The position numbers were made by a program, and so were the translations under genes. From an uncultured virus (IMG/VR IMGVR_UViG_2061766007_001954) (Duplodnaviria; Heunggongvirae; Uroviricota; Caudoviricetes): a stretch of 27,054 nt of DNA. The stretch lies in the IMG/VR virus record IMGVR_UViG_2061766007_001954; one strand, written 5' to 3'. Below, in pieces: positions 1 to 9,433 of the stretch. The notes beneath the pieces were generated by a model. That model ran no database searches and was not told the DNA's origin. It saw nothing but the letters and a program-made list of their open reading frames with translations. Each line of letters begins with the position of its first letter. Positions within the stretch are counted from its first letter, which is position 1.

Positions 1-2
1 CT

Positions 3-1760
3 AACCTGGATCAGGATCTTGAATCCAGACGTGGTGAGTATGCAAAAGCACAGGCACTTACGTTGTCTGAGACGACAACAGGCGGTCAGACCATAGAAGC
101 TCCTTGTGCTCGTACAGAAGGTATGGTGATTGCCACAGACAGTGGCAGCAGTCCTCTTACCGGTACGCTGCTTGTTGGTGGCTATTGGGAGGATCAGGGT
201 GCAGCTGACAACTGCCTCGGTTCCACAGCGAGTCCTGGTATTTATTATCTGAGTCCGACACTGGCTGGAAAAGCAACTCTGAATACTTATGGGCATCTTC
301 GTCAGCCTGTTCTGTCCTATTATGGTAATGGCGCCTTCAGCCTGTCACTGTTCTATATGGCGCATGATAATCATTTTCACAGTTCGCAGGTCCTGCAGTC
401 AGTGTGGGATGATGTGTCTGATGTTGTGATTGGCGGACAGACTGCTTATTATAAATATGGTGGAGATACAGCTCCAGGGCTTGGCGGTCTAGGTGATACG
501 ACTGCTGTGTTCTACAACGGTGTTCTGCAGAATACGACTGGCAGCAATACGCTGTTTAAGATTTACAATGGCGAGCTGTATTATATGGATGGTACAGAGC
601 CCACCGGTGTAGTGACTGTCTTCAATCATTATCCTTTCGCCTATGAGAGCGCTATTGTTAAGTCGGTCTATAGTACCAATGATGCGATAACTGTCAAAAA
701 TACGAATGGACAGGTTGCGATTACTGGCAATGATTTTATTCAAGGTATTACTGCCAAAAGTTCCCAGGCAATCTACAGTGTCAACGGTAGAGAGCTTAAT
801 TACACACCGGTGATTACTGATGTGGTTGCTGGCCCTGGTATTAATGTTAGAAAGTCGCTAGATGGCACTGCCGTTGTTGCGGCTTCTACGAATGTTGGCG
901 GGCTTATGGATGCTTATAGCATTAACCACAACGGTACAACTCTTATCAGTGATGCCGGTAATCCTCCGCTTCAATATATCACATTCCCTGCAGGTCAGCG
1001 TGCATCCAATTTTGTTATGTATCTTCCTGTTCATGATATCGGTGATGCGGTTTGCAATGTTGCTGTGTGGGGAATTAAGCTTGGTACAGAGACTGCGACT
1101 TTGAATGTGTCTGCCAAGTTTATTCCAGATCCTACTGCAACGGCTCAGAGCTCTACAAGCGGCGAATCTAATACACGTTCCATGGTTATTTCTGGTGGCA
1201 GCAGCTCAACAGCTCTTACTTATGATGAGGTTGAGATCACTGGTTGCACAGTGCAGGGCAGCGGTATGTTGGTTGCTGTTGTAGGTTGTACGAACTCAGC
1301 CAATCAGGTACAGCTTCTTAGAACTGGTTTCAGACTCAGTGTTGCTGAAGCCTCCGATACAACAGATACTTCGGATATTATGAATGGTATTACACAGACA
1401 ATGACTGTTGCCACCGGCGAAACCATCCATGTCGGTGATGCAGTTATGATCAGTAATGGGCTGCTTCTGAAATGCACCAACTACAAGACCAGCCTCGCTG
1501 ATAACACCAATAAGTGCGTCGGTATTGCTATGGATGATGCAACTGAGGGCCAGCAGCTTACCTATATGATCACGGGTACTATGACATTTGCAGTTACCGC
1601 TGAGCCTGGTCAATCACTGTATATCCAGCCTAATGGGACCATAGGAGCTGTTGCAGACGTCGATGACTTCATGACAACTGCACGTTATCTGCAGAAGGTC
1701 GGCACAGCGCTTACTGGTAATAAGATCCAGGTGAATATCGAATCCGCTGTCAGAGGTTAA
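3..1760 (+). CDS. 5'-truncated virion structural protein with a C-terminal capsid-cement/DUF2190-like domain
   Basis: The frame is open from position 3, so the TTG at 63 is probably not the real start. The C-terminus (ATGETIHVGDAVMISNG...CVGIAMDDATEGQQLTYMITG...PGQSLYIQPNG...YLQKVGTAL) resembles cement/decoration domains. PGIYYLSPTLAGKAT near the 5' end is a similar motif. Confidence 0.6.
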   Translation, partial: NLDQDLESRRGEYAKAQALTLSETTTGGQTIEAPCARTEGMVIATDSGSSPLTGTLLVGGYWEDQGAADNCLGSTASPGIYYLSPTLAGKATLNTYGHLRQPVLSYYGNGAFSLSLFYMAHDNHFHSSQVLQSVWDDVSDVVIGGQTAYYKYGGDTAPGLGGLGDTTAVFYNGVLQNTTGSNTLFKIYNGELYYMDGTEPTGVVTVFNHYPFAYESAIVKSVYSTNDAITVKNTNGQVAITGNDFIQGITAKSSQAIYSVNGRELNYTPVITDVVAGPGINVRKSLDGTAVVAASTNVGGLMDAYSINHNGTTLISDAGNPPLQYITFPAGQRASNFVMYLPVHDIGDAVCNVAVWGIKLGTETATLNVSAKFIPDPTATAQSSTSGESNTRSMVISGGSSSTALTYDEVEITGCTVQGSGMLVAVVGCTNSANQVQLLRTGFRLSVAEASDTTDTSDIMNGITQTMTVATGETIHVGDAVMISNGLLLKCTNYKTSLADNTNKCVGIAMDDATEGQQLTYMITGTMTFAVTAEPGQSLYIQPNGTIGAVADVDDFMTTARYLQKVGTALTGNKIQVNIESAVRG

Positions 1761-1763
1761 TAA

Positions 1764-2786
1764 ATGAGTGACTATAGCCTGACAAATACACTGGAATGGC
1801 TGAATGGCAATATGCACCGCAACTATCCGCTTCTGGATTCTGCGGTGCCTGTTGATGATACAGACGAACATACGTTGCCATCGTCTTTTCTTACTGACAT
1901 GCAGCTGGTAGTTCCTTATGTTGAGGGACTTGATTCCAGCAAGTTCTTTATCTCGTCTGTTGTTAGGCAGGTTAACTCCTGGCTGGTTACAATCGGCTAT
2001 ACGATCGATGACTCTGATCCAACAACCAAGGTTGGGTTCGATTGTGCGATCTCAGGTCCTATTCCTATGGATCTGGAATATACAGGAGCCGACCTGGATG
2101 CACATACAATCGAGCTCGCTGCTATTACGACAACACCTGCACCTTTGAGCGGCTCTTACACATATGGCATTCCAGAGGCTTATGCCGCTATGCGAAATTT
2201 GCGTGGTACGCTCTATATTGGCAGCTGCAGAGATCTTGATAATGTAGGTGCCTTGCAGTTCAGCTATCAGGCGACTCCGGTTATGCCTACCTGTGTCTAT
2301 ATTGAGACAGCCAGACAGGAAATAAGCTCCATCAGAGTTGTAGACGGTTTCGGTACTGATGCAACATTTACTGATGATGTGACTCTTAGAGCGGGTACAG
2401 GCGTTAAGATTAGTGTGGTCGGCGATAAAGTTGCTTTCGATATCGATATTGATTATATGAAGGAACAGTTTAATGCGATGCTCAGTTCTGAAATCGGTAA
2501 TGCAATCAGGACAATTAATGGTATGAAGCCGGCTGACGATGGTTCCTTCACATTGACAGGCATGGATTGCACGCTGATAAACGGCGCAGAGCATGGCGTT
2601 GTTATTTCGAATCCTTGCAGTAAGCCATGTTGTGACAGCGGTGGTGAAGATTCTGCCGATGTGAAAGCAGCTCTAGATCAGCTCGCATCTGATAAGACTG
2701 TACTTGAGAATTACTATACAGATCTGGCTACAAAGATTAACTCTATGCAGTCCAGGCTGTCAAGCCTTATAGCATCCAGGAAGTAA
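1764..2786 (+). CDS. Putative baseplate/collar protein (340 aa), Cys-rich motif plus C-terminal coiled coil
   Basis: ORF in the structural operon. N-terminal EWLNGNMHRNYPL, then RTINGMKPADDGSFTLTGMDC, NPCSKPCCD and a heptad-like helix. Confidence 0.6.
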   Translation: MSDYSLTNTLEWLNGNMHRNYPLLDSAVPVDDTDEHTLPSSFLTDMQLVVPYVEGLDSSKFFISSVVRQVNSWLVTIGYTIDDSDPTTKVGFDCAISGPIPMDLEYTGADLDAHTIELAAITTTPAPLSGSYTYGIPEAYAAMRNLRGTLYIGSCRDLDNVGALQFSYQATPVMPTCVYIETARQEISSIRVVDGFGTDATFTDDVTLRAGTGVKISVVGDKVAFDIDIDYMKEQFNAMLSSEIGNAIRTINGMKPADDGSFTLTGMDCTLINGAEHGVVISNPCSKPCCDSGGEDSADVKAALDQLASDKTVLENYYTDLATKINSMQSRLSSLIASRK

Positions 2787-2787
2787 T

Positions 2788-4311
2788 ATGAACATTAATA
2801 TCCAGGACGGCACAAACAGTATACAGCTTGGCGGCGACCTGGTGTTCGATTTCTCTGGTTTCCGAGCATCTCCGCTTAATACAACTGTAACAGTTGAGCC
2901 TGACTATGATTTTATCAGCGATGAGCTGAGGACCGCATATGGGTCAGGCTTTGGCTTTGTCACCTCTATTAATGGCGTTGCAGCTACTGATAGGGGCGAG
3001 TTCTTTATCGCCGGATCTGAGTGTGATAGCTGGGAATATGGGGACACCGGAGAATTGAAGTTCTATGATCTGTGTCCTGCCTGTACGACATGTGAAACTA
3101 TCTACCGTTTGAAATATGAGACAGAGAACCTGAAGCAGTGGATTAATACTCTCAGAGACGTGAATTTGATGGTAGCCAACGATGTTTATAATAACAGCGT
3201 TGCTCTTGCTACACGGCGCATCACGGGTGCAACAACCTGGTCAGGTAGCTGGATGTCACCTACTATGGGTGGTTTAGATCCTCGCTGGAATAGTTGCATG
3301 GGTGAAGACACTCCAGTAGATGACTCTTTTATGCGTCTTAGAGGCCTTGATCTGTTGCGTCAGTATATTACCACAGTTCATATGTGGAACTATGTTGTGA
3401 GCCTTAATAATGCCTCAACGGAGATTCAGGTAGCACCAGAAGATACAGCTGGCTTTGTTGTACAGACTAAACGTGCACTTCCAAGTTGCTGTGATAAACA
3501 ACGTATTAGCTGCGAGATAAAAGTTACCGATTGTCAAGCTATTTATGACAACGATTCAGATCAACTGCCAAGCGATCTTCCTGGTGGTTATAACCTTAGT
3601 GTCTATGTTCCTGAGCGCACAACTCGTATAGAATTTAAGCCGTTCACGAATAAAATAAAAGACGCTACTGGTGAATCCAGCGATATGAAAGCGATTCTAT
3701 GTGCGCCGTTAAATGCGCAGCCAGAAGCCTACAACTTTGAAGCGGCTTTATGGGATGGTGTTGTTACTGATATCGAAAAGGCTGGCATTCCTGTTAAGCG
3801 TTACTATCAGCAGATGGCTTGGATGAACGCTAATTATCAGAAAGCTATCTATACAACGGTTCTTGATGCAAAAGTTGCTGGTACCTATATTTTGACCGCT
3901 AAGTTCCTTCCGTTTATCGGTATGGAGCTGTATAATGGCAAGAAGCAGATCATCTCTATCAGGGGTGGCACATATTCTGCAAAAGCCGGAACGAAAGAGC
4001 AGGATGATGAGACGGACGTTCAATACAAGTTCATCGACCAGGAGCAAGATGTCGTTTATCCGAATCCCACAGAGACAAATTACCTGGATTCGAAGGCTGC
4101 TCCGACAAGATCTGTAAACTTCAAGCTTGTGTGGACTATCGAAGTAAATTGGAAGATCGAGACACACGGGCAGGATCCTGAAGAGATCAATCAAACCTAT
4201 CAGTATACCTGCAACGGTTGTCGTCAATATTATGGTGCTGCAATTCTTAGCGGCTCCACTATCTCGAATATTGTGGTGCCTGTTGCTGGTGGTACTACCG
4301 GAGGTGCATGA
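2788..4311 (+). CDS. Putative virion structural protein (507 aa), partial paralogue of 1764..2786
   Basis: TSINGVAATDRGEFFIAGSEC and DLCPACTTCE plus a helical segment parallel the motifs of the preceding protein. Confidence 0.55.
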   Translation: MNINIQDGTNSIQLGGDLVFDFSGFRASPLNTTVTVEPDYDFISDELRTAYGSGFGFVTSINGVAATDRGEFFIAGSECDSWEYGDTGELKFYDLCPACTTCETIYRLKYETENLKQWINTLRDVNLMVANDVYNNSVALATRRITGATTWSGSWMSPTMGGLDPRWNSCMGEDTPVDDSFMRLRGLDLLRQYITTVHMWNYVVSLNNASTEIQVAPEDTAGFVVQTKRALPSCCDKQRISCEIKVTDCQAIYDNDSDQLPSDLPGGYNLSVYVPERTTRIEFKPFTNKIKDATGESSDMKAILCAPLNAQPEAYNFEAALWDGVVTDIEKAGIPVKRYYQQMAWMNANYQKAIYTTVLDAKVAGTYILTAKFLPFIGMELYNGKKQIISIRGGTYSAKAGTKEQDDETDVQYKFIDQEQDVVYPNPTETNYLDSKAAPTRSVNFKLVWTIEVNWKIETHGQDPEEINQTYQYTCNGCRQYYGAAILSGSTISNIVVPVAGGTTGGA

Positions 4312-5234
4312 TGCTTACCACATATCTGAATGACAATCAGAATATGGCATATCCGTTCTTTGGTGACGTGGAGCTGCCTTTTGCTATGAGTTGTATCACA
4401 GGGCTTGGTCTTTGTATCGAGCTGGAAGACGATCAGGATACGTCCAATAGCTTCTTTGCGTCTGATGTTGTAATAACAGAAAAGGCTGTATGGATTTCTA
4501 TATGCAAACGATCTGGTGGTGCTACTGGTGTGATCGGCCTCATGTATGCCAACACAGATGGCTATTACACTTATATACCAAGTTGGGTGCTTGATGCTGT
4601 CTATGAAGATCAGACTATTATCCCATTAGAGCTCCGTTATGTATACGCTGCCTGGAATGAGGAATTTGATCCAGAGACTGTAGGACTGCTTGCGTCTGAT
4701 ATGCAAGTCTTCTATACGTATGTCAGAGATGGCTCCGGTATTACTGCAGAACGTAGACGTGGTTGTGGTTACATGACACTCGGAATTATCCCACAAAACT
4801 CTATAGGCATTTATAGGGGCGAGTTCTATATCGATCCGAGCTGCATTACCTTTATGCCAAGATCTGTATATGGCAAGTACACAGACATAAAAGCAAACAA
4901 TACACAACGAGTTGCCAATCAGCTTATCACACTGGAAGCGGCTGGGTTGTTGTCGTTTGCTATCGAAGGCAATACTGTTTCGTTTGTGAATACCGCTCCT
5001 AATGACTCTGGTTATATCACATTGCCAGAAGATAATAGACAGCATGTGACCATGATTAATGGCGGAACAATCGAAGCTACAGAAAGTAATCCTTATCCTG
5101 CGCTTATTATAGATACTGATGTTGATGGTGTATTCTTCGATGTTTTAGATCGTGATGATATCAGCACTATCACAATAACCGTTCACGGGGATCATACATT
5201 CCCTAACTGCTACCTGGAAGGAGATGAAGCCTGA
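4308..5234 (+). CDS. Putative virion structural protein (308 aa)
   Basis: ATGA overlap with the upstream stop. N-terminal YLNDNQNMAYPF and TMINGG motifs are shared with neighbours. Confidence 0.55.
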   Translation: MMLTTYLNDNQNMAYPFFGDVELPFAMSCITGLGLCIELEDDQDTSNSFFASDVVITEKAVWISICKRSGGATGVIGLMYANTDGYYTYIPSWVLDAVYEDQTIIPLELRYVYAAWNEEFDPETVGLLASDMQVFYTYVRDGSGITAERRRGCGYMTLGIIPQNSIGIYRGEFYIDPSCITFMPRSVYGKYTDIKANNTQRVANQLITLEAAGLLSFAIEGNTVSFVNTAPNDSGYITLPEDNRQHVTMINGGTIEATESNPYPALIIDTDVDGVFFDVLDRDDISTITITVHGDHTFPNCYLEGDEA

Positions 5235-6019
5235 TGCTTACACATAACAATGTCGATCGTTCTGCTGAAGTACAGACATCTCCTGCTCCTTTTACATACG
5301 GAAGCACTTGCAAACTGGGTGGTATTACGCTGCCATCTAATTCGTTTATCTCTCTGAAGCTGTATGTAGAAGACTTCAATAGAGTGCCGTATCGCATTCA
5401 TAGTCTGCACCCAGATGGAAAGCTGTATTTTTGCGATGCTACGGGGCAGCCGAGACTTTACTGGCCTACATTTAAGACATCGCTTGCAGTCAGGGAAGAT
5501 GATGAGGAGCATCCATATATCTCTAGTCTGTTGTTCAATATGAACAGAGTAGTTGGTGGGCATGTCTGCTGCACCCGAGCAGCCATGGATCTTATTCGTG
5601 GAGTCTTCTCTGGTATCACTGCTCCTCTTTATGTGGAAGCAGATGCCTTTGTGTGTATTCCACAGTGCCATATCGCTATGATGTCTGGACAAGGTAGAAG
5701 TATTGGCATCGTTTCTGGTGGCACTATGAGCTATATGACTAGTGATGTTATTATCCGGCCCGATGAGGATCCTAATGATAACAGCGGTGTAGTAACCGGT
5801 ATTACTGGAAGCACTGTAAATATCTCATTGTCAACAGCTATCGATAGTCTTAAAGCAAATGCCAGAGCAAATCATCTGTGTACGGTGCAAGTGCAGGGCT
5901 ATACCAACGCATTTAATTGTATTGATAAGAGCATCATCATAAAGGCTGGCGGAACATCCAATCTGCGTGTTGTGCAAGACGGTGATAAGATTATTCTTAG
6001 GGGCGTATTGAATGCTTGA
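5234..6019 (+). CDS. Putative virion structural protein (261 aa)
   Basis: TGATG coupling with the upstream gene. Beta-rich C-terminus (IIIKAGGTSNLRVVQDGDKIIL) resembles VTLRAGTGVKISVVGDKVAF in 1764..2786. Confidence 0.5.
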   Translation: MLTHNNVDRSAEVQTSPAPFTYGSTCKLGGITLPSNSFISLKLYVEDFNRVPYRIHSLHPDGKLYFCDATGQPRLYWPTFKTSLAVREDDEEHPYISSLLFNMNRVVGGHVCCTRAAMDLIRGVFSGITAPLYVEADAFVCIPQCHIAMMSGQGRSIGIVSGGTMSYMTSDVIIRPDEDPNDNSGVVTGITGSTVNISLSTAIDSLKANARANHLCTVQVQGYTNAFNCIDKSIIIKAGGTSNLRVVQDGDKIILRGVLNA

Positions 6020-6710
6020 TTCATTGATAGACTTACAGATAAGTTATCCATTTTTGCCGATAGCCATAAAGCCTGATTGGTTCAATGCCATTAAGGACAT
6101 TAAGCTTACGGTTATCCTTACCAGCTCGGAAACTCTATCAGAGTATAAAGAGATTAATGACAATAACATTAAGGTCGTGTTGACTGGTGTGAATGTTGCT
6201 GGCTTACTGGCAAGATTCGAAGTCACCTGCCGGCAGCTTGGTATCGTGGATAAAGAAGTCACGGCTCCGTTGTACGTATGGACAACAAATTGCCCATCTA
6301 CTGGAAGCTATGTGATTGTTGATGATATTAATGCCTTTGAGAATGTAGCATCCACTGGTTTAAGCTATGTTGTGAACCCTGATGTGCTTGTCTTTATGCA
6401 GGAAGCGCCGGTTATTCGATATGGTACAACAGCTCTGTCTGAGGTGATTAGCTTTACTAGTGGCTATAATACTAATGTTTCGCTCTCTGCTACAGGTTTA
6501 ACTGTATATGGTGCAGTTGGTTCCGGTCTTGGTACTTACAGAGCATATCCAACTGGTATTGATGAAGACACTTTTGAAGCGCGTCAGAACTTTGGTGCGA
6601 GCAGCATAAATGGTATACAGGGTAACGTTTGGCTTGATGGTACATATCCGATGAGGGCGTCTGCACAGGTGATCGGTAGCACAGCATTTTGGCATATTGG
6701 GAAGGACTAA
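6012..6710 (+). CDS. Putative virion structural protein (232 aa)
   Basis: Overlaps the upstream stop. Has LQISYPF and SSINGIQGNVWL motifs shared with neighbours. Confidence 0.5.
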   Translation: MLDSLIDLQISYPFLPIAIKPDWFNAIKDIKLTVILTSSETLSEYKEINDNNIKVVLTGVNVAGLLARFEVTCRQLGIVDKEVTAPLYVWTTNCPSTGSYVIVDDINAFENVASTGLSYVVNPDVLVFMQEAPVIRYGTTALSEVISFTSGYNTNVSLSATGLTVYGAVGSGLGTYRAYPTGIDEDTFEARQNFGASSINGIQGNVWLDGTYPMRASAQVIGSTAFWHIGKD

Positions 6711-6713
6711 GAT

Positions 6714-9380
6714 ATGAAGCATATCAAAAGCGGATGCGGTTATATCATAGGAGATAATACCTACACCTGCAAAGGTATAGGTATGCTGAACGATACCTTC
6801 AAGGCCGCTGATCCAGAATTTGAGAAGATCCCTCAGCATATTGAGGGATTTATTATGACACTGGCGCCTATCCTTAATATGGATCCGGATAGAATGGAGG
6901 TGGATAGAATGGAGGTGCCAGAACTTGCTTGTCGCGTAAAACTGAATCCATTCGAAGTGCATGATGGCTCTATTTTGAACACCGGATCAGACTATACGAG
7001 TTACTCAGAAAACCAATCTGATGGTTTTCTGGATATGTATGGTCGTGTTTATAATGATAGACAGGATCTTTATTTCAAGATAGATGAGGTATCTGTACCG
7101 ATTGGGACATCTACTTATTCCTTTAGCAAGTCTGCGGTCATGGGACCTGGTATATTGGAGCCCATGGTCGACACGTCCTTCAGCCCATTAGGTGTCGATA
7201 CGATTACAGCAGTTGATGCTGGTCTTGATGGTCTAGGCTATTCGTTGGATGTGTTCGGACAATGGCGGGATCTTATCGAATCTCGTATCAATAGCCTGTC
7301 CACAGGTGTGAATGTTGATTATAGGCCTGTTAGAGGCCTGCTTAATTTGGAACAGGCTAAAAATAAAGAAGGTCGTTGCAGCAACTTTAAGATAAGCTTA
7401 ATGGGTAACACCACAGCTGTTATAGGTTCAGCATTACAGCAAGAACCAGTATATACAATAGCGGGTGGTACGATTACAGTCAACGGCACAACTGTTACCG
7501 TTGAGGGAAGTACAACCACAGTTCCTACGTTTGAATCCTATTTGGACATTATGGAATCGACTGTGACTCCTGGTAGCTATCTCGGTGTTGTTAGACAATC
7601 TCTGCCAACTACGCCTGTCGAAGGACACCTTAAGTATGTGTATATCGGTAGTGTCGTTGAAATTACAGGTTCATCTACATTCCCATATCATAACGCGGAA
7701 TCCTACAAGCTTTATCAGATCAAGCAGGGAGACTGCATCGTTAATGTTGATGTGAACCGTGAAGAGGACGATGAGTATCGTGGTCCCTTCTGGGTTACCC
7801 GTGTCAGCGGACGCTCGATGAAAGTAACTGGCTTTGATGGTATGGATCAGCAGCCAAAAGCAGGTAAGGTATATGTTGATGGTACCACGGTTACTACTGT
7901 CGGAGAAGGAACTTTATCTGCAGACGGTAATTCAGGTTTCGTGTTTGCGCATGTTGATCTTGAGAAGACTGATGCAGGCTGGATTTATAGCGACTGTGAT
8001 TTCACACAACAGGAAGACGCTGGGGAGCCTGCCGAGGGACATAAGAAATATACTTTCCGTCTTGCTGCTTATACAGTCGAAGACAATATCGTCGATATTG
8101 AACAAATCCATTACGGTGATTTGTATATCGATGTTGGTGGCGGCACAACAGCTCCCGGTGAGATTATATACACAGGCCCATTCCACCTCAGTTCAACAGA
8201 TGAAGGCTGGGGTGTTTATGGCATGGACAACGGCACGGCAGGTAAAGTGTATTTCAATGGTAGTGTGCTGGGTGAAATGGCATCTGGCAATGCAAATGGA
8301 GACACTGGTTCGTATGTCTTTGCTAATATCGCGGTAGTTGGCACCACAAATGCAGATTCTGGCAATATCACATATAGCTTAAATGCTGCAAACTCTGGTT
8401 ATAGTTATACAGAAAAATCTGCTACAGCTTCTATGCCTGCAGGCACAAAGATCTATAACATTAGAATCGGACAGGTTGCCAGTAATGGTCATGATCTGGA
8501 GAATGCAAAGCAGTTCCATTATGGTGACATCTATCTATATGGGGAAGAGAATGTATGTGGAACAGTTGCTGCTGAATATAATGGCCCCTTTAAGGTTACT
8601 GGTGGTACAGCTGTCACTGCTTCTACTGTTACTATGTACGCATTTGATGGCACTACAGCTAGTACGAGCTATACAGGTAAGGCGTATAATGGTGAAACTG
8701 ATGTTTTTACAGTGCCGTGTGGTAATCCGATACCTGTTGGTGCTTCTAGCACAGTATATGCTCATGTTTATTTAGCGGAGGGCTCTACAACCTCCACTAG
8801 CCAGTTATACACACTTGAAGATGTTGTTTTTGATACATCGGAGGGTCCTCAAGTTGCTCCTGCTGCAACTGTTAAAAAGATTTATACATATAGAATTGCG
8901 AAAGTGGAATCAACTGCCGGCAGCGCTGCGAATACTTACAATATCAAGGTTACACAGATCCAGCATGGTGATATCCATCTTGGCGATACAAGCGATCCAC
9001 TAAAACAGGAAGTACAGCCTACATATAATGGCCCTTTCCGTATTACAAAGACTGGTATTGATTGCCCTGTCTGTCAGTTCTTGAAGACAGGAAACGAGAC
9101 AATCTACGGGTATTTCACAGTTAATGGGACCAAGGACCTTTATAAAGTTACCACTAACTCCGTCTCTGTTCCGACGCCGGGGAATACCGCTAGCTATTGG
9201 TTGAATGTTATTCCAGGACCGACAGGCACAATTGAAGGCTCAACAAATAGCGCAGCTAATTGTTATAATGTCTGGCTAGGTGATCTCGTTAATACAACAC
9301 CATCTGGTGCCACAGAATCAACATTCGAGATCCGACAGATGCATTACGGTAATGTACAAGTTGATGGACGCTGGAGTTAA
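6714..9380 (+). CDS. Tail/baseplate-associated repeat protein (888 aa) with four tandem YxGPF...Q-x-[HQ]-[YH]-G-[DN] modules
   Basis: Modules start YRGPF, YTGPF, YNGPF, YNGPF and end QIHYGDL, QFHYGDI, QIQHGDI, QMHYGNVQVDGRWS*. Confidence 0.6.
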   Translation: MKHIKSGCGYIIGDNTYTCKGIGMLNDTFKAADPEFEKIPQHIEGFIMTLAPILNMDPDRMEVDRMEVPELACRVKLNPFEVHDGSILNTGSDYTSYSENQSDGFLDMYGRVYNDRQDLYFKIDEVSVPIGTSTYSFSKSAVMGPGILEPMVDTSFSPLGVDTITAVDAGLDGLGYSLDVFGQWRDLIESRINSLSTGVNVDYRPVRGLLNLEQAKNKEGRCSNFKISLMGNTTAVIGSALQQEPVYTIAGGTITVNGTTVTVEGSTTTVPTFESYLDIMESTVTPGSYLGVVRQSLPTTPVEGHLKYVYIGSVVEITGSSTFPYHNAESYKLYQIKQGDCIVNVDVNREEDDEYRGPFWVTRVSGRSMKVTGFDGMDQQPKAGKVYVDGTTVTTVGEGTLSADGNSGFVFAHVDLEKTDAGWIYSDCDFTQQEDAGEPAEGHKKYTFRLAAYTVEDNIVDIEQIHYGDLYIDVGGGTTAPGEIIYTGPFHLSSTDEGWGVYGMDNGTAGKVYFNGSVLGEMASGNANGDTGSYVFANIAVVGTTNADSGNITYSLNAANSGYSYTEKSATASMPAGTKIYNIRIGQVASNGHDLENAKQFHYGDIYLYGEENVCGTVAAEYNGPFKVTGGTAVTASTVTMYAFDGTTASTSYTGKAYNGETDVFTVPCGNPIPVGASSTVYAHVYLAEGSTTSTSQLYTLEDVVFDTSEGPQVAPAATVKKIYTYRIAKVESTAGSAANTYNIKVTQIQHGDIHLGDTSDPLKQEVQPTYNGPFRITKTGIDCPVCQFLKTGNETIYGYFTVNGTKDLYKVTTNSVSVPTPGNTASYWLNVIPGPTGTIEGSTNSAANCYNVWLGDLVNTTPSGATESTFEIRQMHYGNVQVDGRWS
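6887..6916 (+). repeat. Perfect in-frame 15-bp tandem duplication (GGATAGAATGGAGGT x2; DRMEV-DRMEV)
   Basis: Read directly from the sequence. Confidence 0.95.
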
Positions 9381-9433
9381 TCCTTTACCGCTAAGCTAAG
9401 ATAAAGATTTTATTATATAGATAGGAGTGCCAT

